The translations under genes and the position numbers were made by a program. Below, in pieces: positions 48,444 through 57,480 of a DNA stretch of 64,000 bases. The stretch is from NCBI GenBank assembly GCA_036170915.1, contig JAVHQC010000034.1, positions 32,001-96,000 on the forward strand. The letters run 5' to 3'. How positions within the stretch are numbered: the stretch's first letter is position 1; every line of letters starts with the position of its first letter. The notes below the pieces were generated by a model that was not told the DNA's origin, made no database searches, and worked only from the letters and a program-made list of their open reading frames with translations. The DNA comes from Cyanobacteria bacterium auto_48_18 (GTDB lineage Bacteria > Cyanobacteriota > Vampirovibrionia > Obscuribacterales > Obscuribacteraceae).

Positions 48444-50414
48444 TTAATGCACTGCGTTAAAAATGTAGTCTGCTTTCAATTCTTGCTTTCGCGCTTCTTC
48501 AGGACGGCCCACAGATCTTAATACTGAAGAATAATCAGCCAGAGTTTTGCCTAAAATCGGGTCATCTTGACCTTTGCTTTTTTCTCTAATTTCCACTAAT
48601 TCTTTCAAGGTGCGTTCAGCTTTTTGCAAGCGCGAATGTCTGACGTATAGTTCGCTCAATGTATCCAGCGCATTTTCCAACATCATCTCGGTCTCGGCAA
48701 TGCGCACACCTTTAGCTTTCTTTTTGCGCAAAATTTCAGCCAGGCGCAAGAGCAATGCTTCGGCGTCAAGTTCACGGTCTTCGCTTGCTAGTTGCCTTGC
48801 TACCTGCAAAATTGTCTCAGGCGAATCTTCAATAGTAGTTTTAAAAATTGGCAACGTAGACGGTTGCGCTGAGGGCGATTCGTAATTAGCTGCTACTTGT
48901 GAAACTGATATTGGTGATACTGCTATTGGTGTAGTCTGAGTAGAAGTTGTTTGAGTTACAGTAGTTACTGTTTGAATAGTCTGAGAAACCGGCTGAGATA
49001 CTTGCTGAGATTGCTTGTTCTGTGTGGCCGAATTGGCATCAACGTCAAATATTACTTCGGCAGCATTTCTAGGCACTAGTAGTGCTGGAGTAGCGGTGGC
49101 CTGTAATATTTCGACCTTATCGTTAATGGCCGGATTGAGCGCGCCCAGTATTGTCGCTGGTGGCATGTCTTTTTCAGCAGATTGATTGGGCTCAAGGTTT
49201 GCCACCTCTAGTGCTGATTCCGATTCAGAAATGGCGGCCAGCACTGCCAGCAATTGACTGCGCAACCTCTGCGAATTTTTCAAACGCAGTGCTTCGGTTA
49301 GTTCGATATAGGCACCCTTTTTATCACCGGCTGCCAGGCATTCTTCTGCCATCTTCTGTCGATGATCGCTGTTGGCCGAATCTTTGCCTGTCTGGGCAAT
49401 AAGTGCGGCCAAGTTTTTTCTTGCGGCCGGTTGAGTAGGGTCAAGATATAGGGCAGCCCTGAACTCTTTCATAGCATCCTGCGGATGGCGTGCTGCTAAC
49501 TCTAGGCCATAGTTGTTGTGGGCAATCACCAGGTTATCGCGAGCATGGGCGTATTCTGGCGAGATTTTTAGCAACCGTTCAAAAGACTTGATGGCCAGAT
49601 CAAAATGTTTGCCGTTGATTTCTTGCACTGCCACATTATTTAGATGGGCTAGCTCAGCGGAGCTTTGATGCCAGTTTGCATTCTTATCGCCAATATTTTT
49701 TGGTGCAGCTACAGTTGTTGTAGTTATATTTGGTGCGACACTAGTTGGTACCAGCGCTAGTGAGGCACTAGATCCGGTGCCTTTAATTGGATCATATGGT
49801 CTTGCTGTTACCGGCGGGCCACTTTTGCCAGCACCATGATGCAAGCTTCGCACATAGCTGTAATCAGCCATGGCACCGGTCATGTCGCTGAGTGCAAACC
49901 GCAGTGAACTTCTTTCTGAAAATACTTGCTGATTGTTTGGTGCGAGGTTGGCGGCCCGATCGATGTCTTGTCCGGCACCGCGAAGATCGTTCAGTCGGCG
50001 CCGCACACTCGAGCGGGCAATCAGAGCCGCTACGCTGGTTGGATGCGCTTCGAGGACGTGATCGAGATCTTCTTGAGCTCCCTGCAAGTCACCGATTTGT
50101 CGCTTTAACGCCGCGCGAGCGATCCAGCCTTCCACCTGATCTGGCCTGGCTGCCAGGTCTTTGCTCCAGAGATCGATGGCACCGATTAAATCGCCGGCTT
50201 TGATTTTGCTCTGCACTTCTCTCGCCGTTGCACTAAGCGGAGCGGCACTGCGAGTGATTGTCAGGCTGGGAGGCTGTTTGCGCTTAGGTGATACTCGGGC
50301 GGCCGGTTTGACTGGATCCCGTTTCAAAAGCAGCACTTCCTGGGCCAAAGTCGGGCCGGCAGCCGTCAGCGCGCCTAGAAGTACGGTTGAGCTAGCGAAA
50401 AAGTTGATTTTCAA
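48444..50414 (-). CDS. Exported TPR-repeat protein
   Basis: Signal peptide, several TPR blocks separated by Thr/Gln/Pro-rich linkers; GAGG RBS before TTG. Confidence 0.8.
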   Translation of the reverse strand: MKINFFASSTVLLGALTAAGPTLAQEVLLLKRDPVKPAARVSPKRKQPPSLTITRSAAPLSATAREVQSKIKAGDLIGAIDLWSKDLAARPDQVEGWIARAALKRQIGDLQGAQEDLDHVLEAHPTSVAALIARSSVRRRLNDLRGAGQDIDRAANLAPNNQQVFSERSSLRFALSDMTGAMADYSYVRSLHHGAGKSGPPVTARPYDPIKGTGSSASLALVPTSVAPNITTTTVAAPKNIGDKNANWHQSSAELAHLNNVAVQEINGKHFDLAIKSFERLLKISPEYAHARDNLVIAHNNYGLELAARHPQDAMKEFRAALYLDPTQPAARKNLAALIAQTGKDSANSDHRQKMAEECLAAGDKKGAYIELTEALRLKNSQRLRSQLLAVLAAISESESALEVANLEPNQSAEKDMPPATILGALNPAINDKVEILQATATPALLVPRNAAEVIFDVDANSATQNKQSQQVSQPVSQTIQTVTTVTQTTSTQTTPIAVSPISVSQVAANYESPSAQPSTLPIFKTTIEDSPETILQVARQLASEDRELDAEALLLRLAEILRKKKAKGVRIAETEMMLENALDTLSELYVRHSRLQKAERTLKELVEIREKSKGQDDPILGKTLADYSSVLRSVGRPEEARKQELKADYIFNAVH

Positions 50415-50423
50415 ATCGCCTCG

Positions 50424-50885
50424 CTAAACGTCTAAAAACCGTTCTCGGTCAGAGGCCTTGGGTAGCGGGCAAGTATCGCTTTTACCAAAAATCTTGTAAC
50501 GCACAGCTGCAACCAGGTCATAACCGACGTTGCGGAGGGGCGCAGGCACAATTAAAAAGGCTTTTAAAATCTTTGAAGGTCCTTCCAATTCGCCGAAAAT
50601 GCGCAGAGCGGCTGCAGATTTGCTATAGATTTCTTCGTCGGCGGTGCCGGGGTTGCGAATCAAATAGACAGTTTTCAATAGCGTCGGATCAAGGCCATGG
50701 CGCCCCAGCACTTCTTTAGCCAGGTCACTTTGTAAAGAGGCGAAATGGAATTTGGCCTGGGAATCATGGTTGAGCACAAACTGTACGAATTTATTGCAGA
50801 GCCCGCAAACACCGTCAAACAAAATCAGAGCCTTGACTGAGGCCAGTCTGGCGGCGTTTTCAGTTAATTGCTTAGTTTCAGTCAT
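50424..50885 (-). CDS. DCC1-like thiol-disulfide oxidoreductase family (DUF393/YuxK)
   Basis: FDGVCGLC, FASLQS, KSAAALRI, YDLVAAVRYKIFG..DTC. Confidence 0.9.
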   Translation of the reverse strand: MTETKQLTENAARLASVKALILFDGVCGLCNKFVQFVLNHDSQAKFHFASLQSDLAKEVLGRHGLDPTLLKTVYLIRNPGTADEEIYSKSAAALRIFGELEGPSKILKAFLIVPAPLRNVGYDLVAAVRYKIFGKSDTCPLPKASDRERFLDV

Positions 50886-50935
50886 GAGATTACCTTCCTA
50901 GCCATATTATACGTTAGTTAGGTAGTGCCAAAATA

Positions 50936-50961
50936 CAGAGAAATTTTCGAAAATTTCTCTG
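50936..50961. terminator. Perfect 26-bp palindrome; possible terminator of 51016-52611 or an operator
   Basis: CAGAGAAATTTTCGAAAATTTCTCTG equals its own reverse complement; followed by TATTTT on the minus strand. Confidence 0.45.
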
Positions 50962-51015
50962 CAAATTTTCAATCAATTTTCATTATGGTTCCAAGGTCAA
51001 GCCGAAACCGAGTAA

Positions 51016-52611
51016 TTATTGTGTCTGCGAGGCCTTAAATGCCACAACAGGTGCACCCGTTGCTTTCGACGACATCATCGCTTCTTTAGCGGTAGAGAGC
51101 ATCATGCCAAGGTCGGTACAGTCTTCAGGAATGCCGGTGACACCAAAGGCGATGGCTAGATTGCGGCTGTCAATTTCGCCGCCAATTTTTTCATCCCACA
51201 AAACTTCAGTGATGCGTTTTGCCACCATTGTTGCTGCTTGCACATTGGTGTATGGCAGCATTAAGAGAAAACCAAAAGTTTCGAAGTGAGCAAGCACGTC
51301 AATATTGCGCTTGATTGTACCGATGCGCCTGGCCGCTTCTTTAATCATAGGCAACGGTAGCGGTTCAAGACCAACAGGAGTACGCACACGCATTTCAAAA
51401 ATTAATAAGCAAAATGGTGCGCCGGTATGCTCCCAGCGGAAGAATTCTTGTTCAAGGAAATACAAAATTACCGGATAGTTTATTAGGCCGGTTTCTTGCC
51501 TCATCATGTTCTTCATGCCGGCGTCAATGGCAGAGCGGTCTACACCCATGGCTTCGATGGGCTGCTGAGTGCGCACTTGCGTCGGTTTTTCAGTGACCGC
51601 AATTAAATCGGAGACAATTAAATTGTAGACCAGTGGTATCCATTCCACTTTATTGAACGGCATTTTGCGCAGAAGCTCAAATAGAGTGCTCTGATTGTCT
51701 ATTAATTGATAAAACTCTTTCTGCTCACTCATATCGAGTCTGGCACCAGCCGCCATTCTTTGTTCGAAGTCAGCCTCGGTTAATTTCGGATGTTTGCGCA
51801 CAAAATAAGACGACATAGTGACGCCGCTTTGATGAATCACTCGATATTGATCAACTAATGGGGCGGCCTCGGCAATCAGGGCGTCGATACGCTTGGTGAC
51901 AGTGCGCTCGCTTGAGCGGTCATTGGGAAAGAATGAAAATTTTCCTTTGTCCCAGGTCAAAACCTCCATGATCGCTGCTTCGCCTTTACACTCGCTAGAA
52001 GCGGCGTGCAGCGGCTGACCATTTTCAAAAAATACATCAATGCCTTCGTCAACCTGGGTGACGCTGAGCATACCGGTCATTTTGCTGATCACGATTGATT
52101 GCAAGACATTGGCCACAGTCATGTTAAGCAGATCGCCTTCCAGGGTGGCGTGGCGTTCGATTTCTTGGCTTTCAGTAAAAGCCGGGCGGCTGCGACGCGC
52201 CTCGCTTGCCGGTTCTGTGGCGACCGCTTTAATATTGCTGGCAGAGGCTTTCATGCCCCCGAAAGCCTCTAGCTGTTTGGCGGTCATATCGGTATCGTCA
52301 CCAAGACATTCTCTGGTGAGCAGGTTTGTAATCAGGCCGATGTCACCTGACTGATAATTCCATCTGACTTCGCGAAATGCCCCGTCGCCGATGATAAAGG
52401 TCCATTGTGGGTCACCACCATCTTTGTCGCAATTGACCGCCAGGGCACAATCTCGGCTCGGATTTTCAGCAATCCAGGGCAGCTCAACCGCTCGACCGAG
52501 ATTTTTCTGAGCCTCTTGCAGGCAATGAAAAACGTCTTCATAGACGGGCACACCGTGCATTTTTGACAGACGGATGGGTGAGGCCGGTTGCGACTTTTGG
52601 GGTCTAAACAT
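51016..52611 (-). CDS. DUF4388 (PATAN-like) protein with degenerate GGDEF-like C-terminal domain
   Basis: LEGDLLNMTVANVLQSI..SKMTGML...FFENGQPLHA...W..GKFSF; ETGLIN...RNIDVLAHFETFGFLLMLP. Confidence 0.7.
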   Translation of the reverse strand: MFRPQKSQPASPIRLSKMHGVPVYEDVFHCLQEAQKNLGRAVELPWIAENPSRDCALAVNCDKDGGDPQWTFIIGDGAFREVRWNYQSGDIGLITNLLTRECLGDDTDMTAKQLEAFGGMKASASNIKAVATEPASEARRSRPAFTESQEIERHATLEGDLLNMTVANVLQSIVISKMTGMLSVTQVDEGIDVFFENGQPLHAASSECKGEAAIMEVLTWDKGKFSFFPNDRSSERTVTKRIDALIAEAAPLVDQYRVIHQSGVTMSSYFVRKHPKLTEADFEQRMAAGARLDMSEQKEFYQLIDNQSTLFELLRKMPFNKVEWIPLVYNLIVSDLIAVTEKPTQVRTQQPIEAMGVDRSAIDAGMKNMMRQETGLINYPVILYFLEQEFFRWEHTGAPFCLLIFEMRVRTPVGLEPLPLPMIKEAARRIGTIKRNIDVLAHFETFGFLLMLPYTNVQAATMVAKRITEVLWDEKIGGEIDSRNLAIAFGVTGIPEDCTDLGMMLSTAKEAMMSSKATGAPVVAFKASQTQ

Positions 52612-52829
52612 GTTTTTTGCTGCAGGGGCGAGGGGTGAGCTTAGTAACGCCTGATTCTTACTTCTCTATGCCCGGCTTTGAGTGAGCTGAAAACCTGGCG
52701 CACAATGATCGTCTAAAATGCCTGAAGTCTGATAATAGCGCTAAGCAGCGGCTCTTTTTGGGAAAGAGACCAATAGCGGCGCTATTAGAAATATAGTAGG
52801 GCATTTAAGCAAAGCAATATAGGTTATTC

Positions 52830-53156
52830 GTGGAAGTCAAAGCCGTAGATTCAGCACTCCAAACCGATGCTCAAGAGGCTGTAAACCCTGATCTGGCGGG
52901 CCGTAGCACCGTGGCCATGCATTTAGCCGGCAGTGGCGTGGAGTTTAAAATTGACACCGCAGTAGACCACTCTATTGCCATTGTTAGTTTGACCGCGAAG
53001 CTTGAGCTAGTTTTACTGATGCTGGCAGAAAAATCTGAACGTCTGGAAGCGTCAATGATTCGCATCGGACAGCTTGAGGCGGAGCTGGCAGCTAAGCGCG
53101 AAGAAGTTTGTGTAACTGTCAAAGACAGCCAAGACATTCAAGACGGCAAGGAGTAA
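52830..53156 (+). CDS. Hypothetical coiled-coil protein
   Basis: 108-aa ORF, C-terminal heptad pattern. Confidence 0.5.
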   Translation: MEVKAVDSALQTDAQEAVNPDLAGRSTVAMHLAGSGVEFKIDTAVDHSIAIVSLTAKLELVLLMLAEKSERLEASMIRIGQLEAELAAKREEVCVTVKDSQDIQDGKE

Positions 53157-53160
53157 GTAT

Positions 53161-53724
53161 TTGTTCGGGCAAGCATTCATTTTCATCAATTATGAGCAAG
53201 CCTTGAAGTTCGGTCATGTGGCCTGGGGCTTTGCCCTGGACGAAGATACTTATTGCTATGGCTCGTCTGATCATTTGCTCAAGCGCCCCATGAGCGATTT
53301 GCCTGCCATGATCAGATATTCGCACGTAGAACCAGGTGGCGATATTGATTTCTGGAGCGAAAAAGGCAACTTTAGTGAGATGCTGCACACCATGACTGAC
53401 GGGCACCACATTCGCTACCACGCTTACAAGAATATTGGTCTGGCGGAATTTTTTCCTGATGCCGCTCTGGCAGAAATGGAGAAGGTCGCAGCCGGCGGCT
53501 GGTCGGTGCTGACGAACAATTGTATTCATCACACTTATAAAATTTTGCATGCATATGGTGTGAACGGTGAGAAGCAAAAACTGCTGCTGCCGCAGTTGAG
53601 CAAACCAAAGACACTAATGCCCAAGCAATGGTTTAGTCACGCTGATGCCAATGATCTATCGCATTTGACCAGTCATATTCATCGAAAAAAAGTTTATCAG
53701 AATTATGTGAGTGGTAGTGAGTAA
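53161..53724 (+). CDS. Hypothetical protein, possible permuted papain-like (His-before-Cys) amidase/peptidase
   Basis: N-terminal GHVAWGF and later WSVLTNNCIHHT. Confidence 0.5.
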   Translation: MFGQAFIFINYEQALKFGHVAWGFALDEDTYCYGSSDHLLKRPMSDLPAMIRYSHVEPGGDIDFWSEKGNFSEMLHTMTDGHHIRYHAYKNIGLAEFFPDAALAEMEKVAAGGWSVLTNNCIHHTYKILHAYGVNGEKQKLLLPQLSKPKTLMPKQWFSHADANDLSHLTSHIHRKKVYQNYVSGSE

Positions 53725-53732
53725 CAGGTAGT

Positions 53733-54407
53733 ATGGCAAAAATACTTTTAGTCGAAGATGACACTAATCTGGCCTTTCTGGTGAAGATGCAGCTTGAGCA
53801 AGGTCGCCATCTGGTCGACCATGTAGACACAGGGCTGAACGCCATCAGCCAGTTAAAGATGGCCAGCTACGAGCTGGTGATTCTTGATTGGATGCTGCCA
53901 GACATCTCAGGAATCGACATGTGTCGCCAGTACCGCGGCACCGGTGGGCGCACGCCTATATTGATGCTCACAGCTAGAGGCTCTATTGAAGATAAAGCCA
54001 CCGGTTTAAATGCCGGCGCTGACGACTATCTGGTGAAACCGTTTCACCCAGTTGAACTTAACGCCAGAGTACAGGCATTGCTGCGGCGACCCCAGAGCTA
54101 TGCCGGCAAAGTTTTGACTGTGCGCGATATCGAGCTCGATACTGAAGCAGGGCGCGTGTTTCGGGCGACCCAAGAAATCGACCTGACATCGAAAGAATTC
54201 AGTTTGCTCGAGCTTTTAATGCGCTACCCCAATCAGAGTTTTACTCTAGAGACAATTTTAAGTCGGGTGTGGCAAAGTGATTCCACCGCCTCTGTGGACA
54301 CTGTGCGCACGCATATGAAGACACTGAGACGCAAGCTTGGCGACACTGAAGAAAATGGCATTATTCGCACCAAGCGTGGTGCCGGTTACAGAATTGTCGA
54401 TCAGTAA
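53733..54407 (+). CDS. OmpR/PhoB-family response regulator
   Basis: LLVEDD, LDWMLP, GADDYLVKPF, wHTH (LTSKEF.LL...LRRKL...RTKRGAGY). Confidence 0.95.
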   Translation: MAKILLVEDDTNLAFLVKMQLEQGRHLVDHVDTGLNAISQLKMASYELVILDWMLPDISGIDMCRQYRGTGGRTPILMLTARGSIEDKATGLNAGADDYLVKPFHPVELNARVQALLRRPQSYAGKVLTVRDIELDTEAGRVFRATQEIDLTSKEFSLLELLMRYPNQSFTLETILSRVWQSDSTASVDTVRTHMKTLRRKLGDTEENGIIRTKRGAGYRIVDQ

Positions 54408-54425
54408 AAGCAAAGATCACAGACC

Positions 54426-56216
54426 ATGAAAATTTCGCTTACAGCCAAGACCACGGGAATTATCGCAATCGTCGCGGCAGTGCTGGTCTATATCGGCACG
54501 CTGACATTAAATCTGGCTGCCGAACGACTGGCAAACAGCTATCTGGCCTCGAAGCAATTTCAGTTAGTAGAATTGCTTGACCAGGTGGTGCTGAATATGT
54601 CGCGCGCCGACGCTCAAGAGCGCGAGTATGTTTTGACCGGAAATACTAAATCTATTGAGCAGTACAAAGCTTATTTTCAGCGTATTGATGATTGTATGAC
54701 CCGGCTCAGGGTCTTATTGTCGGACAATTCTCGTTATTCAATGTTGATGGACGAGCTGACAGACTCTATTAGTTTTAGAAAAAGTTGCGCCGAAGAAGTA
54801 ATCGCTGTGCGCTCTACTGGTAGCATGGAAAATGCCTTGCAGCGCTCGGAAAAATTTGATGAGGCACAACTGACCAGGCACGTAGAATGGCTGGCCAAAG
54901 AGGTTTCAGGCACCATTAATCGTGAGATGACCGCGCGCTTCAGTGAGCTTGATAAAGACAGTCTGACCACATTGATTGGTATTTCTATTATTTTATGCTC
55001 GGCCTTGATGGCTCTGGTATTTGTCATTCTAGGCGTCAATCGTTATGTCTCTGAAAGGCAAAGGGCTGAAGCAGCATTGCGTGAAGCGCAACAAGCATTG
55101 TCTGAAAGAGAAGCGCGCATGCGGGCTCTAGTGGAGACTGCACCTGATGGTATTGTCACAGTTAGAGCCGACGGTAAAATCGAATCGGTCAATGCAGTGT
55201 TGGAAAATTTGTGCGGTATTCCATCATCAGATTTGATTGGTGTAGACATCGAGACGATCATTCCTAGTTTTCTTTTAGATGGTCGCTTGAGCGATCTGGC
55301 CAGCGGCAAACGCTCACCCTTTAGCGCCGGGCGTGAGCTTTACGCGGTCAAGCAAGACGGCAGCCAGGTGCCTGTTGAAGTTTCTACTTCCACTGTCAGC
55401 CTTGGTCACGTCGATGTCTACACTGGTATCGTGCGTGATATCACTGAGCGTAAAGAGGTAGAAGAGCGGGTCAAAGACTTCTATTCTATGGTTTCTCACG
55501 AGCTACGTACACCACTTGCTTCTATTCGCACAGCACTGGGATTAATGGAAAGTTTTTCAGAAGAGCTGAGTGATAAGACCAGGCCTGTGGTGAAAATTGC
55601 TGCCACTGAAGCAGATCGTTTGATGCGACTGATCAACGATATTCTCGATATGCGTAAAATTGAATCAGGCAAACTAGAGTTGGCTCTAGACGCTTATGAC
55701 GCTGGCCATCTGGTGAACAAATCGATTGAAGGCATTGAAACTCTGGCTCAAGAGTCAAAAGTAAGCATAAAGAATCTGGCACATGAAAAAGTTGGACTCG
55801 ATGTCTACTGTGACGGCGACAGAATTTTGCAGGTGCTCTCAAATATTCTTGCTAACGCCGTTAAATATTCTCCCAGCCCTGGTGTGATAACAGTCTCTTG
55901 CGAGAAGAGCGGCTCGAGTTGCAAAATCGCTGTGCGCGACTCTGGACCAGGCGTAGCTAAAAATCAAGCACACAAACTTTTTGGCAGGTTTGAGCAATTG
56001 CGCTCAAAAGATGGTAAAAACAGGGCAGGTTCGGGCCTTGGTCTGGCAATCGCCAAAGCCATTGTCGAGCAGCACGGTGGTGAAATAGGCGTGGAATTGC
56101 CCGATGGCGGCGGATCTATCTTCTGGTTCTCACTGCCGCTGGCCGAAGACGAAATAGAATCTCTTGACGACGACGTTGAAATTGTTCAAACAAGCGAGGC
56201 CGAGCAAAGTGTCTGA
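54426..56216 (+). CDS. Sensor histidine kinase (TM - CHASE3-like - TM - PAS - HisKA - HATPase)
   Basis: ADAQEREYVLTGN (CHASE3-like), SHELRTPL, NAVKYS, DSGPG, GSGLGL. Confidence 0.92.
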   Translation: MKISLTAKTTGIIAIVAAVLVYIGTLTLNLAAERLANSYLASKQFQLVELLDQVVLNMSRADAQEREYVLTGNTKSIEQYKAYFQRIDDCMTRLRVLLSDNSRYSMLMDELTDSISFRKSCAEEVIAVRSTGSMENALQRSEKFDEAQLTRHVEWLAKEVSGTINREMTARFSELDKDSLTTLIGISIILCSALMALVFVILGVNRYVSERQRAEAALREAQQALSEREARMRALVETAPDGIVTVRADGKIESVNAVLENLCGIPSSDLIGVDIETIIPSFLLDGRLSDLASGKRSPFSAGRELYAVKQDGSQVPVEVSTSTVSLGHVDVYTGIVRDITERKEVEERVKDFYSMVSHELRTPLASIRTALGLMESFSEELSDKTRPVVKIAATEADRLMRLINDILDMRKIESGKLELALDAYDAGHLVNKSIEGIETLAQESKVSIKNLAHEKVGLDVYCDGDRILQVLSNILANAVKYSPSPGVITVSCEKSGSSCKIAVRDSGPGVAKNQAHKLFGRFEQLRSKDGKNRAGSGLGLAIAKAIVEQHGGEIGVELPDGGGSIFWFSLPLAEDEIESLDDDVEIVQTSEAEQSV

Positions 56217-56640
56217 CATTGACGGCGATAATTTAGATAAAGTTGAAAACTCAGAAAATTCGCATGCCCCGGCCTCAACCGCCGAAGTAAATCGTTGCCC
56301 TCATTGCGGCATTGAAGTGGCAGAAACCGTTGAGACTTGCCCGGTTTGTCACTCTGAACTACTTGGCACATTTAAAATTGATCGCGACTTAATTGAAGAA
56401 GCCGTTGAGAATCACATTACTTTGCTGGGTCAAGAATTTGATTTGAAAAGTCTGCGGCTGGCCGATGATACTGCTCAGCTAATTGCACGCAGTAGAATTC
56501 GCGAAATTGTTCGCCTCGACGCTTCGGTTCTGACAATTTTTGAACGGGGCATTGTTCTGCAGCATTTGCTCAATATCGTATTCAACTCTCGAGACGAGCG
56601 TGAAGAAGATTGTTTGTCTCAACCTGAAGTTAATGATTAA
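56209..56640 (+). CDS. Hypothetical protein with zinc ribbon
   Basis: CPHCG...CPVC; GTG start at 56209 overlapping the HK 3' end. Confidence 0.6.
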   Translation: MSDIDGDNLDKVENSENSHAPASTAEVNRCPHCGIEVAETVETCPVCHSELLGTFKIDRDLIEEAVENHITLLGQEFDLKSLRLADDTAQLIARSRIREIVRLDASVLTIFERGIVLQHLLNIVFNSRDEREEDCLSQPEVND

Positions 56641-56648
56641 CTAAAACG

Positions 56649-57476
56649 CTATTTTGCTTCCTTAAGATAATCTCGCAGGCCTTCAGGGTCATCGGTAATG
56701 ATTGCATCAACACCAAGAGCACAGGCTTTTTTCCAGCCTTCTTTAGAGTTGACTGTCCAGGTGTTTACTTGCAGACCGGCATCGTGAGCAGCTTTGACAG
56801 TGTCTGGCCGCACGCAATCAAAGTCAGGATTCCAGGCCGTAGCGCCCACTGTTTTTGCGTAGGCGGGCAAATCATAAAAAGCAGAATCGCCAAGCAAAGC
56901 TAATTTATATTTGCTTGTCTGGTCGTGAATTTTTTTCAAAATTATGTGATCGAAAGAACTGATGATAATTTTGTCTGGGTACGGATATTTGTCCAGTAAA
57001 GCCAGAAGTTTAGTGTCAATGTCAGCGTAATTGCTGGGGCAATTTTTTATTTCTACATTGATGGTGAGCTTGCCTTTCACAAGGTCAAACACGTCTTCCA
57101 GCAATGGCAGCTTTTCATCTTTAAATTCTGGCTTGTACCAGGTGCCGGCATCTAGTTTTGAGAGGGTCTTCCAGTCGGCGTCGCCAACAAGACCGGTACC
57201 GTTTGTGGTGCGCTCAAGGCTGTCATCATGAATTACTACCAGCTCACCGCTTTTGCATACGTGAATATCTAATTCAATACCGTCAACTTTGGCCTCTAAA
57301 CTTTTTTTGAAAGCGGCCATACTGTTTTCTGGTGCCCAGCGCTTGCCGCCGCGGTGTGCCACTATCAGTGGAGTGTGCGCTAATTTATTTGCAGCCATGG
57401 CAGGTAATCCTTTGTTGATTGGCATTGAAAAAGACACAGTGCCAGCAATCAGTGCTGAGAGTGCCAGCGTCTTCAT
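56649..57476 (-). CDS. Glycerophosphodiester phosphodiesterase (GDPD), exported
   Basis: AHRGG..APENSMAAF, IELDIH..KSG.LVVIHD, NVEIK, SSFD, WTVN, IITDDP; start placed at ATG 57476. Confidence 0.92.
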   Translation of the reverse strand: MKTLALSALIAGTVSFSMPINKGLPAMAANKLAHTPLIVAHRGGKRWAPENSMAAFKKSLEAKVDGIELDIHVCKSGELVVIHDDSLERTTNGTGLVGDADWKTLSKLDAGTWYKPEFKDEKLPLLEDVFDLVKGKLTINVEIKNCPSNYADIDTKLLALLDKYPYPDKIIISSFDHIILKKIHDQTSKYKLALLGDSAFYDLPAYAKTVGATAWNPDFDCVRPDTVKAAHDAGLQVNTWTVNSKEGWKKACALGVDAIITDDPEGLRDYLKEAK

Positions 57477-57480
57477 CCTG

